DNA of 64,000 nucleotides from an uncultured Actinomycetes bacterium (GTDB lineage Bacteria; Actinomycetota; Thermoleophilia; Solirubrobacterales; 70-9): NCBI GenBank assembly GCA_963824485.1, contig CAWGPH010000006.1, positions 5,491 to 69,490 of the forward strand, read 5' to 3'. Shown piece by piece: positions 28,012 to 35,733 of this stretch (position 1 is its first letter; each line of letters starts with the position of its first letter). The notes under the pieces were generated by a model. It saw only the letters and a program-made list of their open reading frames with translations, ran no database searches and was not told where the DNA came from. The position numbers and the translations under genes were made by a program.

Positions 28012-28785
28012 ATGAGCAACCAGCGCGATAGGGAGAAACGCCGAGAAGAACGCGAAGCGGCCGAGAAACAGGCGGCGGGCGCCGACCGGCGGACGCGGCT
28101 GCTTCAGCTCTCGGCGGGCGGCGTGTTCCTGGCGATCATCGTCGTCGTCGTGGTGATCATCGTGGCGGGCGGGAGCAGCAAGTCCGGCGGCGACGCCTCG
28201 AACGTCGAACACGTCGCCGAAGTGAACAAGATCGTCAAGGGGATCCCGCAGGAAAAGCTCACGCTCGGCAAGTCGACCGCGCCGACCACGCTCTACATGT
28301 ACGGCGATCTGCAGTGCCCTATCTGCAAAGAGTACATCGAAGAAATCCTGCCGGAAATCATCTCGACCGAAGTCAAGAGCGGGAATCTGAAGCTGACCTA
28401 CCGGGACTTCATCATCATCAGCGAAGAATCGATCCCGGCCGGCGAAGCCGCCTACGCCGCGGGCGAACAGGGCAAAGGCTGGAACTTCATCGAGACCTTC
28501 TACCGCAACCAGGGCGAGGAGCGCTCCGGTTACGTGACCGAAGAATTCATCGAATCCATCGGCAAGGCGGCGGGTGTTCCCGACATGGCCCAATTCAACA
28601 AGGAACGCAAGAGCGGCAAGTTCAAAAAGCAGGTCGAAGCGACGACCAAGCAGGCCTCGACGACGTTTGGCTTCACCGGCACGCCGTCCTTTGCCGTCGA
28701 AGGCCCGAACTCCAACGGGATCGAACTGATCGGCACCCCGGAAACTCAGAAGGACCTCGAAGAACGGATCGAAAAAGCCGCCTGA
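28012..28785 (+). CDS. DsbA-family thiol:disulfide oxidoreductase, membrane anchored
   Basis: N-terminal TM helix and the CPIC active site (YGDLQCPICKEY), adjacent to VKOR. The ATG at 28012 is chosen. Confidence 0.8.
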   Translation: MSNQRDREKRREEREAAEKQAAGADRRTRLLQLSAGGVFLAIIVVVVVIIVAGGSSKSGGDASNVEHVAEVNKIVKGIPQEKLTLGKSTAPTTLYMYGDLQCPICKEYIEEILPEIISTEVKSGNLKLTYRDFIIISEESIPAGEAAYAAGEQGKGWNFIETFYRNQGEERSGYVTEEFIESIGKAAGVPDMAQFNKERKSGKFKKQVEATTKQASTTFGFTGTPSFAVEGPNSNGIELIGTPETQKDLEERIEKAA

Positions 28786-28804
28786 CATGCCCTCGCGGCT
28801 CCGG

Positions 28805-28834
28805 AAAAGGCCCGCCTTGAGCGGGCCTTTTCTC
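28805..28834 (+). terminator. Rho-independent terminator after the dsbA-like gene
   Basis: AAAAGGCCCGC-CTTGA-GCGGGCCTTTT followed by CTC, 20 nt after the stop. Confidence 0.6.
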
Positions 28835-28873
28835 GTAGGGCGCGGCCGCCGATTCGTCGGGTGACGGTTCCTA

Positions 28874-28901
28874 AGTTGACATAAGAAATGTTATCGGGCA
28901 T
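28874..28901. other. dif-like XerC/XerD recombination site (left junction of the prophage)
   Basis: AGTTGACATAA-GAAATG-TTATCGGGCAT. Its reverse complement, ATGCCCGATAA-CATTTC-TTATGTCAACT, has a XerD arm matching E. coli TTATGTTAAAT in 9/11 positions and, as I recall it, B. subtilis TTATGTAAACT in 10/11. Confidence 0.7.
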
Positions 28902-29027
28902 TGTGGACGAAAGAAACACAAGAATCAGCGCCCTGGACTACCAAGTTTTAGGGTTAAGCACGCGGGAGAAGCGAAGTCGGCCGGGATGATCGACGAGTCA
29001 GCCGCGAACGAGCCGCCGCCCACGGTC

Positions 29028-29366
29028 TTAAGGACACCAAGGGTCGGCGGCTCGTTGGCCGCTGAGCTTGAGCCGCTCCAGCTCGGAGACCACCTTGCGG
29101 ACGGTCGTCCGCAGGACCTCGTACTCGGCGGCGGAGACGAGATAGGTCCGCTCGGCGTAGCGGGACCACTGTCCGCGCGACCGCGCCAGGAGACGATCGG
29201 CGTCGTCGGGACAGGCGAAGCGCGGACCGTCAGCGGCGAGCCAGGGCGGCGGGTCCAACTCGACCCAACCCGCCGGGAGGCGATCGGGAGCGCCGACGGC
29301 AGTCGCGTCGCAGCCAGCGCACATCCAGCGGACCGCGACGACCTCGCAGTTGAAGAAGCGGGTCAC
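29028..29366 (-). CDS. Hypothetical protein (112 aa), last gene of the element
   Basis: The GTG at 29366 overlaps the upstream stop (GTGA). No recognisable motif apart from scattered Cys pairs. Confidence 0.45.
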   Translation of the reverse strand: MTRFFNCEVVAVRWMCAGCDATAVGAPDRLPAGWVELDPPPWLAADGPRFACPDDADRLLARSRGQWSRYAERTYLVSAAEYEVLRTTVRKVVSELERLKLSGQRAADPWCP

Positions 29367-29590
29367 CGCAGGACGATCTCGGCAACGGCGATCGCGGGAG
29401 CCAAGATGACGGCAGCGCACAGGACCAACGGGCCAACCGCCGAGGACCCGCGACCCGTCGCGAGACGCGGGACGCGACACCCACCAGGACAAGGCTGATC
29501 GAGGGAGGCATCAGGCGTACCAGACCAGTCGTCGACGGCGAAAAAGGACCGCCGCCCGCAACGAGGGCAGATCGAGACGACCTCCCTCAT
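29363..29590 (-). CDS. Small zinc-ribbon plus C-terminal TM protein (75 aa)
   Basis: CPRCG...CPGGC followed by a hydrophobic tail LVLCAAVILAPAIAVAEIV. The ATG overlaps the Rep stop (ATGA). Confidence 0.5.
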   Translation of the reverse strand: MREVVSICPRCGRRSFFAVDDWSGTPDASLDQPCPGGCRVPRLATGRGSSAVGPLVLCAAVILAPAIAVAEIVLR

Positions 29591-30648
29591 CCGACGCCCC
29601 AGCAGTCGGTATCGAGAGCCTCCTCGATCACGTCGCCGAGGTCGATCTCGCGGACCTCCTCGTCGGCCTGCGCGAGGACGAGGCCGTGCCTACGACAGAC
29701 CGAGCGGTCGCGGTACCAGGTCCTCCGCGACTGAAGGCGGTCGGCACCACCGGCGTCGAGCACCAGGTGGCCAAGCGCGCCCTTGGCTTCGCCCGGCGTC
29801 ATATCGCCGTCTTCAACAAGTTCGACCACGCGGGCAGCGAGGTCAGCAACACCAGCCACGATCACCCCTTTCGACGCGCTCCACAACGGAGCGAACCGCC
29901 TGACAAAAGAATCCCGCACAAACGAAGTCTCGGCAAGTACATCGACCGCGACGCGCGCATCTTTAGCGAAGCGGCGCTGATCCTCCGGACGGACCCGGAG
30001 GCCGCGAGCATCCGAGTTCGCCTCAAGGCCCTTGTCGTACCAGCGACCGAGGACCGAGCGGCCCGAGGAGCCGAGCATCCAGACCGTCTCGACACGGCGG
30101 CCGCCCACCTCGCGCTGCACTTTCTTGGCCACCCGAGGCATCGGCACCGCGGCGACACCGGAGAGGACGGCCAGCCCCTCCCCAGGCGTGTCGAAGCGAA
30201 GGTCGACGGTGGAGTCGAGACGACGGACACCGGCGAAGCCGGAGTCACCGAGGAGAGGGCTACGACGGACGGCACCGTCGGGGATACCGCCCGGCCGGTA
30301 GTCGTGTCGCGGTAGGCTGATGCCGCGATCACGGACGGCGTCGGCCAGGAGGCGCGCCACCCCAGGCAACTCCCGTGGATCGCACAGTCCCTCCTCGCCT
30401 CCTGGCCGCCCCTCGGCGAAGACCAGACGGGAGCCGGGGAACCAGCCGACACGATGACCGGCGATCTTCTCCGGGAGGAGCTTCGAGCGGGCGGCGGGAT
30501 CGGTCGCCAGCTGCCTCATCGCCTTCTCGCCGGACGACCCCTCCCGCAGGTACCAGGCGATCGACCAGGTATCGACACCGGCCGCGGCGACACTCAAAAG
30601 AAGGACCCCTGGACGCCACGGTAGATCGACTGGCGGGCCATGAGCCAC
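29587..30648 (-). CDS. Putative rolling-circle replication initiator (Rep_trans/RstA-like candidate)
   Basis: N-terminal GVDTWSIAWYL and central LGRWYDKGLE resemble, from memory, the Rep_trans family D-W-L and Y-D-K motifs. It sits in the gII-equivalent position once the map is circularised. An alternative TTG start at 30597 overlaps the upstream stop. Confidence 0.5.
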   Translation of the reverse strand: MAHGPPVDLPWRPGVLLLSVAAAGVDTWSIAWYLREGSSGEKAMRQLATDPAARSKLLPEKIAGHRVGWFPGSRLVFAEGRPGGEEGLCDPRELPGVARLLADAVRDRGISLPRHDYRPGGIPDGAVRRSPLLGDSGFAGVRRLDSTVDLRFDTPGEGLAVLSGVAAVPMPRVAKKVQREVGGRRVETVWMLGSSGRSVLGRWYDKGLEANSDARGLRVRPEDQRRFAKDARVAVDVLAETSFVRDSFVRRFAPLWSASKGVIVAGVADLAARVVELVEDGDMTPGEAKGALGHLVLDAGGADRLQSRRTWYRDRSVCRRHGLVLAQADEEVREIDLGDVIEEALDTDCWGVG

Positions 30649-30881
30649 GGCGTCGTCCTGATGATCTCACCGGTCTCGCCGACCCTGAGGACGACACGAT
30701 CGTCGATCCTGAAGGAGCCACCACGGCTGCCGTCGAGCCTCGTCGCGCGTCGCCAGCGCGACTCCACCAGGATCACGTCGGCCCACAGCCAGCGACCGGC
30801 GATCTCGACTTCGACGGCCTCCCCGACCGACACGGGAGTGTCATATATGGCACCAGGATGGCTGTTAGAGGGGCCGGGCAC
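30594..30881 (-). CDS. Hypothetical protein (95 aa)
   Basis: The GTG start directly abuts the Zot-like stop. No recognisable motif. Confidence 0.4.
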   Translation of the reverse strand: MPGPSNSHPGAIYDTPVSVGEAVEVEIAGRWLWADVILVESRWRRATRLDGSRGGSFRIDDRVVLRVGETGEIIRTTPWLMARQSIYRGVQGSFF

Positions 30882-31733
30882 CTATCCGTCCTCCTCGCGC
30901 AACCCGGCGGTTGCGTCTCGATCGACGTCGCGAAGGTAACGATCCGGGTCGAGGAGACGACGGCGGGCGTCCTCCATCTCGTCGCGGCGCGGGGCGGCGG
31001 CGCCTGCGGCGCCGGTCGCCCCCGCGAGCGCGTTCGCGGTGGGGGGATGCGCGACGGCGGCCCGTGGGAGCCGGATCTCGTCCTCCGGGCACAGGTCGAG
31101 CATGAAGGCGCTGAGATCGGCGGTGTCGTAGAGGCGGCGGGTCCAGTTGAGCCGATAAGCCTCCCGCTTGACGATCGCCTTACCGGCGGCGTGGTACTGC
31201 CAGATGGCGAGGAAGAAGTTGAAGGGGAAGATGGGGACGCCGAGCACTTTGAACTGGCGGAGGTTGCGCAAGGTGACGTGGTAGGTGAGCCGATCGCGGA
31301 CCTGGCGATCGACGCTTTCCTTATCCTGAGTGATCAGATAGACGTCTAGCCCAAGCTTGCGGGTCGCGCTCATCCAATCGACGATGTCCTTGCGGTTGCC
31401 GTCGCGCCACTCGCGGGCGTTCATGAAGACGTGGCCCTCGTCGATGATCGCGATGCCCCGCCCCTCCCCCTCCCCGGCCAGGCGGACACGGCGGAGTTCG
31501 TCGAGGTCCTTGACGACGAGGACGCGACGAGCCCACTCGGCCTTCAGGGCGCGCCGCCTGCCGGGCATGAGCCAGCGCAACGGGTGGTGATCGACGACCT
31601 TCTCGTGCCAGTCCGGGGTCATGCGGAAATTGGTGATGACGAACCTGCCGGACTCCAGGGCCTCGGCAGCTTTGCGGACCGCGTAATAGCTCTTGCCAGC
31701 GCCCATAGGCCCGGTGACGACGATCAGCGCCAT
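30882..31733 (-). CDS. Zot/pI-like P-loop assembly ATPase
   Basis: Walker A GPMGAGKSYY, GRFVITN, Walker B IAIIDEGH, VYLITQD and a downstream hydrophobic segment VPIFPFNFFLAIW. The ATG at 31733 overlaps the upstream stop (ATGA). Confidence 0.8.
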   Translation of the reverse strand: MALIVVTGPMGAGKSYYAVRKAAEALESGRFVITNFRMTPDWHEKVVDHHPLRWLMPGRRRALKAEWARRVLVVKDLDELRRVRLAGEGEGRGIAIIDEGHVFMNAREWRDGNRKDIVDWMSATRKLGLDVYLITQDKESVDRQVRDRLTYHVTLRNLRQFKVLGVPIFPFNFFLAIWQYHAAGKAIVKREAYRLNWTRRLYDTADLSAFMLDLCPEDEIRLPRAAVAHPPTANALAGATGAAGAAAPRRDEMEDARRRLLDPDRYLRDVDRDATAGLREEDG

Positions 31734-32032
31734 CAGTCGAACCACTTCAGGTCGAGGAGCCGCCCGTGGCCGTGACAGGCGTCGAGCAACTCGCGAGACC
31801 GGCGCTGCCAGTACTCCATCTCGACGTGGCAGGCCGAACACACGGCTTCGAGGTCCGAGTCCCTCTCCTCGAAAAGCCGGGAGTAGTTCAGGTGGTGGAC
31901 CTGGGTCGCCGCAGCGGCCCCGCAGGACTCGCACGTCTCGTGCCCGGCCAGGTACTCGTCCCGGCGTCGCCGCCAGAAGACCGAGTGGACGTAGCCGTGG
32001 TGGGCGACCCGGTACGGATTGCTAGTAGCCAT
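31733..32032 (-). CDS. HNH-type (beta-beta-alpha-Me) nuclease-like protein, paralogue 2
   Basis: CESCG...VHHLNYSRLFEERDSDLEAVCSACH. A GGGAGG RBS lies 6 nt upstream of the ATG at 32032. Confidence 0.6.
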   Translation of the reverse strand: MATSNPYRVAHHGYVHSVFWRRRRDEYLAGHETCESCGAAAATQVHHLNYSRLFEERDSDLEAVCSACHVEMEYWQRRSRELLDACHGHGRLLDLKWFD

Positions 32033-32099
32033 CAGCGCCTCCCGGTCCCACAGGCGGAGCTGACGGCCGGGTAGCCCCGGAAGCGGTAGCTCCGGCGAC

Positions 32100-32360
32100 T
32101 CATCGCCACCGGGGGTGCTCCGCGCGGTGGTGGCGCTCACAGAGGACCTGGAGGTCGCCGGGTAGCTCGGCCCAGAGACGCGCGTAGGTCAGGTGATGGA
32201 CGTGGGGGCGGGAGAGGCGCGGAGACCGAGGACCGCAGGTCGAGCACCTGCCGTCGGCGAGGGCGATCGCCCACCGCCTGACAGCGCGCCAGTGGGGAGA
32301 GCGAAGGTAGACCTCCCGGTACCAGAGGCGGCGACGGCGACGGCGGAACCAGGCGATCAC
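32100..32360 (-). CDS. HNH-type nuclease-like protein, paralogue 1
   Basis: CSTCG...VHHLTYARLWAELPGDLQVLCERHH. A GTG start at 32360 overlapping the upstream small-ORF stop (GTGA) is assumed. Confidence 0.55.
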   Translation of the reverse strand: MIAWFRRRRRRLWYREVYLRSPHWRAVRRWAIALADGRCSTCGPRSPRLSRPHVHHLTYARLWAELPGDLQVLCERHHRAEHPRWR

Positions 32361-32485
32361 CGGTAGCCCCCGGCGAAGTGTCGGACGACCGAGCGGGCGA
32401 CGTAGGCGACCTCGGGACCGGCGCCGAGCGAGTAGGCGACCGCACCGGCGGCCGCCGCGAGGACGATGGCGACGACCCACCTCAC
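32357..32485 (-). CDS. Candidate 42-aa hydrophobic protein (below the track's 60-aa cutoff)
   Basis: My translation is VRWVVAIVLAAAAAGAVAYSLGAGPEVAYVARSVVRHFAGGYR. The GTG overlaps the pVI-like stop region and the stop overlaps the next start. Composition could be a GC artefact. Confidence 0.3.
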   Translation of the reverse strand: MRWVVAIVLAAAAGAVAYSLGAGPEVAYVARSVVRHFAGGYR

Positions 32486-32778
32486 AGGAGCTTCACCCAC
32501 CGCAACGCCATCTTGACCGCGAGGAAGCCGATCCAACAGGTGACCATCAGGGCGAAGAACGAGAGGACGGTGCCGAGGGGGAAGAACCAGAGGAGGGCCC
32601 CGACGACACCGCCGGGGGCGGAGGGGGGTTCAGGGAAGCCCGGCAACAGCGAGAGGATCAGTTCGGCGAAAGCGGCGACCAGGACGATGATCGCGTTGAT
32701 CAGGGCGATCACCAGGTTGACCAGGACGAAGGGCAGGTCGAGGACGCCTTCGACGATTTCGCCGAGGAAGGAGAGCAT
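32482..32778 (-). CDS. pVI-like small integral membrane protein (98 aa, about 3 TM)
   Basis: MLSFLGEIVEGVLDLPFVLVNLVIALINAIIVLVAAF...WIGFLAVKMALRWVKLL. The ATG at 32778 overlaps the pIII-like stop (ATGA), and the gene follows the large structural gene as gVI follows gIII. Confidence 0.6.
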   Translation of the reverse strand: MLSFLGEIVEGVLDLPFVLVNLVIALINAIIVLVAAFAELILSLLPGFPEPPSAPGGVVGALLWFFPLGTVLSFFALMVTCWIGFLAVKMALRWVKLL

Positions 32779-34883
32779 CAGTCGTCCCCCCCGCCCTGAC
32801 CGCCGATCCCGAGGGCGGCGTAGGCGAACATGGCGGCGAGGGAGATGCAGGCGAGGACGACCAGCATCGGGCGAATGATTTCCATCGCCGGTTCGAAGCC
32901 GCACGTCGAGGTTTCGAGATGGGTGCCCGAGAAGTGGTCTTCGCCGGAGCCGAAGGAGACGAAGGGGAGGCTGAGGTCCGGACATTCGCCACCGGGACCC
33001 CAGCTGGTGAGACCGTCCTTCAGCCAGCAGAAGATCCCGAACGGGAAGGAGCTACAGCCGATGTGGACGGAGGCGAAGGGGGCGAGCGAGACGGCCGAGA
33101 TGGCGGGAGGCGACCAGCCCGAGGTAGACGCCTCAGGTGCCGTCGAGGGATTGGTGCGAACCTCGAATTCGGGCGCGGATTTCGAAACCGCTTCCGGAGC
33201 AAGCTCGGTGCCGGGTTTCGGCACCGCAGTGACCACCGTAGAGGGATCGTAGGCGGGATCCGACGCCACTTCGGCGAGCGGCGAAGAGGTGACCGTCGCA
33301 CCAGGGGCCTCCGGTTCGACCCGTTTTTTGAACCACGCTTCCTCCGATTCACCAGGCGCAGGATCGTCGGGCACGATGAAGGGCATCTTCGCCTCTTCGG
33401 GGTTGGCGTCAATCGTCACCGCCCCACCAGGCCGGACCTTGACGCCGGTCGCGGGTTCGAGACCCTGCACCTTTTCCGCCTGCGCCTCCAAGGAGAGGAT
33501 CGGTTCATCGAGGTCAGGTTCTTCCACGGTAACTTCCGGCCAGTCCAGATACGCAACAGACGGCGTAAGCCCCAATTCTTCGAGGACTTTCACACACTCC
33601 GGCGCCGTGAGCCCAGCACAGGACGGAACAGTAAGCGTCGCGTACGGGTCGGACGTTCCCGACCCCGGCATAGCCGCGACGATAGCCTCGGCGAGCCGGT
33701 TCTTGACCGCCGGTTCGGCACCACCCGTGGCCAGCTGTTTGCCGAGCCGCGCAGGCCAATTGGAGGGGGGGCTCGTCGTACAAGTGGTCGGCGCTTCCTG
33801 CGGACAGTAGTGAGCGCCAGTATTTTCGGTAAGCCCTTCGCCGGAGAGCGTCGCTTTGGTACCCGCGCTCAGTTTGGTCCCTTCGCTGGCACCACGGGTA
33901 GCCGCACCGATTTCGACTTTCACACCACCGCAGGTCGTACTCAGGCCAGCCGACAGCCAAGTGCCTATATCGGCCGAAGGCGGCGTCTCGTTTTTACCTT
34001 CATAACAACTGGCGGTGGGATACCCCGGAAGAAACGGACCGACCTGCTGAGCCCCACCGGCTTCCCAGACCCAGGTATAAGGGGCGACCGGACCAGCTTT
34101 CCAGCCCGCATATTCGAGCTCCCCTCCTTCCTTGTCCAGCGCGAAACCACCTTTCTGTTTTTCACCAAGCCCAACCGTACTGCCGTCACTACTATCGCCC
34201 CAACAAAAGGACGCTTCAAGAATGTCACTACAAATAAACTGACCGATCCCGAAACCAGCACCGAAGGCAACAAGGGCGGCGCCCAGGGTGGGAAGCACCC
34301 CGGCGGCCTCAAAAAGCCCGGCTGCGGCAGAGCCGTCCTCCCCGGACAGGATCCCCTCCTCGCCAACATCTTCCTCGATAAAAGTAGGGTTCTCCAACAC
34401 GGACTGAGCAGGCGGCGTGACCGTATCGTCCTGAACGACGAGATCGGCAGAGTTCGCACCTTCATAGGCCGCCGGATCTTCGGCCGCGAACTCACCTTCC
34501 ATGGTCTTAAGCGCTTCACAGTCGCCATAGGCACCCTCGCAGTTGAACGCTTCTTCGGCCTGCGCGAGCGACGTGAAGTCGCCTTCCGCCACGCGATCTT
34601 TGAGCATTTCTTCCATCGCGTACCAATAGTCGCCTTCACCGACCTTGGCGTTACCCCACCAGGTGGCTTTCGAGATGAAGATTTCCGTCACTTTATTGAG
34701 GCCACCAGCCGCGACGTAACCGAACACCCTGCATTCTTTCGCGCCCGCCAGATGTTCTTCACACGATTTCTGGGGCGCGATCTGCCAGAAGGCCGAGGCC
34801 CGGCCAGCCCCTACCGTCATCATCGCGACCGCCACCAGGGCGAAGACGAGGACGGCAGGGGCTGGCCCGAACCACGACCTCAT
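32778..34883 (-). CDS. Large secreted protein with C-terminal membrane anchor (pIII-like adsorption/minor coat candidate, 701 aa)
   Basis: Signal peptide MRSWFGPAPAVLVFALVAVAMMTVGAGRASA and a C-terminal TM helix IIRPMLVVLACISLAAMFAYAALGIGG. The ATG at 34883 lies 11 nt after the coat-gene stop. The upstream part of the 797-aa track ORF overlaps the coat gene and was rejected. Confidence 0.65.
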   Translation of the reverse strand: MRSWFGPAPAVLVFALVAVAMMTVGAGRASAFWQIAPQKSCEEHLAGAKECRVFGYVAAGGLNKVTEIFISKATWWGNAKVGEGDYWYAMEEMLKDRVAEGDFTSLAQAEEAFNCEGAYGDCEALKTMEGEFAAEDPAAYEGANSADLVVQDDTVTPPAQSVLENPTFIEEDVGEEGILSGEDGSAAAGLFEAAGVLPTLGAALVAFGAGFGIGQFICSDILEASFCWGDSSDGSTVGLGEKQKGGFALDKEGGELEYAGWKAGPVAPYTWVWEAGGAQQVGPFLPGYPTASCYEGKNETPPSADIGTWLSAGLSTTCGGVKVEIGAATRGASEGTKLSAGTKATLSGEGLTENTGAHYCPQEAPTTCTTSPPSNWPARLGKQLATGGAEPAVKNRLAEAIVAAMPGSGTSDPYATLTVPSCAGLTAPECVKVLEELGLTPSVAYLDWPEVTVEEPDLDEPILSLEAQAEKVQGLEPATGVKVRPGGAVTIDANPEEAKMPFIVPDDPAPGESEEAWFKKRVEPEAPGATVTSSPLAEVASDPAYDPSTVVTAVPKPGTELAPEAVSKSAPEFEVRTNPSTAPEASTSGWSPPAISAVSLAPFASVHIGCSSFPFGIFCWLKDGLTSWGPGGECPDLSLPFVSFGSGEDHFSGTHLETSTCGFEPAMEIIRPMLVVLACISLAAMFAYAALGIGGQGGGDD

Positions 34884-34894
34884 GAGCGCAGCTG

Positions 34895-35134
34895 CTACGC
34901 CCGGACGATCCGGCGAAGCAGCTTGTAGGCGATCATGATGCCGACGAAGAGGCCGACGACCCCGAGCGCGATCGGCACCGCAGCGCTGATCTGGGTCGAG
35001 GCCCCTTCGGTCACTTTGCCGTAGTCGGCCGCTTCTTCCGTCGCCAGAGCCTGGCCGACGAAGGACACCGACATCGCCGTGACGGCCATGCCGATGAGGA
35101 AAAGGCGCCCCTTGAGGCTGGTCAGGAACTTCAT
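34895..35134 (-). CDS. Inovirus-type major coat protein candidate (79-aa precursor)
   Basis: Signal peptide ...VSFVGQALA, an acidic N-terminus TEEAADYGKVTEGA, a TM core IALGVVGLFVGIMIAY and a basic tail KLLRRIVRA. A strong AGGAGG RBS lies 9 nt upstream. Confidence 0.7.
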   Translation of the reverse strand: MKFLTSLKGRLFLIGMAVTAMSVSFVGQALATEEAADYGKVTEGASTQISAAVPIALGVVGLFVGIMIAYKLLRRIVRA

Positions 35135-35177
35135 CTTGGATACCTCCTGTGTTGTTTTCGTGTGTGTGCATCAGCCG

Positions 35178-35315
35178 TCACGCGTTGACGATCCGGCGGA
35201 TGATCGAGAGGCCGATCAGGGCGACGATCACGGCGAACGCGATCCCGAGCGCAAGCTCGAAACCGGCGAGGAACGCCGAAACGTCGGGTTGATCAGAGAC
35301 GACGGCGTAGATCAC
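35178..35315 (-). CDS. Second small coat-like protein (45 aa from the GTG at 35315; track ORF extends to 35360)
   Basis: VIYAVVSDQPDVSAFLAGFELALGIAFAVIVALIGLSIIRRIVNA. It has an acidic N-terminus, a TM core and a tail RRIVNA paralogous to RRIVRA of the 79-aa protein. A GGGGAGG RBS lies upstream of the GTG. Confidence 0.55.
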   Translation of the reverse strand: MIYAVVSDQPDVSAFLAGFELALGIAFAVIVALIGLSIIRRIVNA

Positions 35316-35565
35316 GCGGCGGCGCCTCCCCGGCCAAGTGGGGACTTCCCCCCCGACCACAAGGGCCGGGGTACAGCGGGCTGGTTACGGGTGGATGAGA
35401 TCGGAGGCGAGAGACGGAGGAGCGGCCGCCGACGAGCGCGGCAGAAGACCCAGAGGAGCGCCAGGAACAGCGCCTCCCGGCTTAGGCGCCGGTAGGAAGG
35501 CCCGGACTGCGCTGCGCTACGTCCGGTGTCAAGGACGAGAGAGGAACCACTGGCAGGCCGACCCG

Positions 35566-35733
35566 TCACGAGCGCCGACCCTCCCGGAGAAAGCGACGGA
35601 TGCGGCGGCGGGCGAGGGAGCGGGCGAGGTCGCGGAGAAGCAGCGCGGCCGAGACGGCGGACGCGAAAACGACGAGCGCGAACAAGAACACGGCGTCGAC
35701 CCACTGAGCGACAGCCGCGAAGCGGTCAGGCAC
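35566..35733 (-). CDS. Candidate 55-aa TM protein with basic C-terminus (below track cutoff)
   Basis: My translation is VPDRFAAVAQWVDAVFLFALVVFASAVSAALLLRDLARSLARRRIRRFLREGRRS. The GTG overlaps the stop region of the upstream 206-aa gene. Confidence 0.35.
   Translation of the reverse strand: MPDRFAAVAQWVDAVFLFALVVFASAVSAALLLRDLARSLARRRIRRFLREGRRS

Noticed and set aside
29024-29035. 12-mer GGTCTTAAGGAC shared with 36750-36761 as a second pair of element-end repeats
   Set aside because: Exact 12-mers are expected to recur many times by chance in 64 kb. The order relative to the 14-mer differs at the two ends, and each copy just spans a Pro-stop codon pair of an ORF. It was not treated as an att feature.
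32881-32900. GGTTCGAAGCC resembling a tRNA T-arm
   Set aside because: It lies inside the pIII-like coding region, and no acceptor, anticodon or D-arm complementarity surrounds it. No tRNA or rRNA genes were recognised anywhere in the window.
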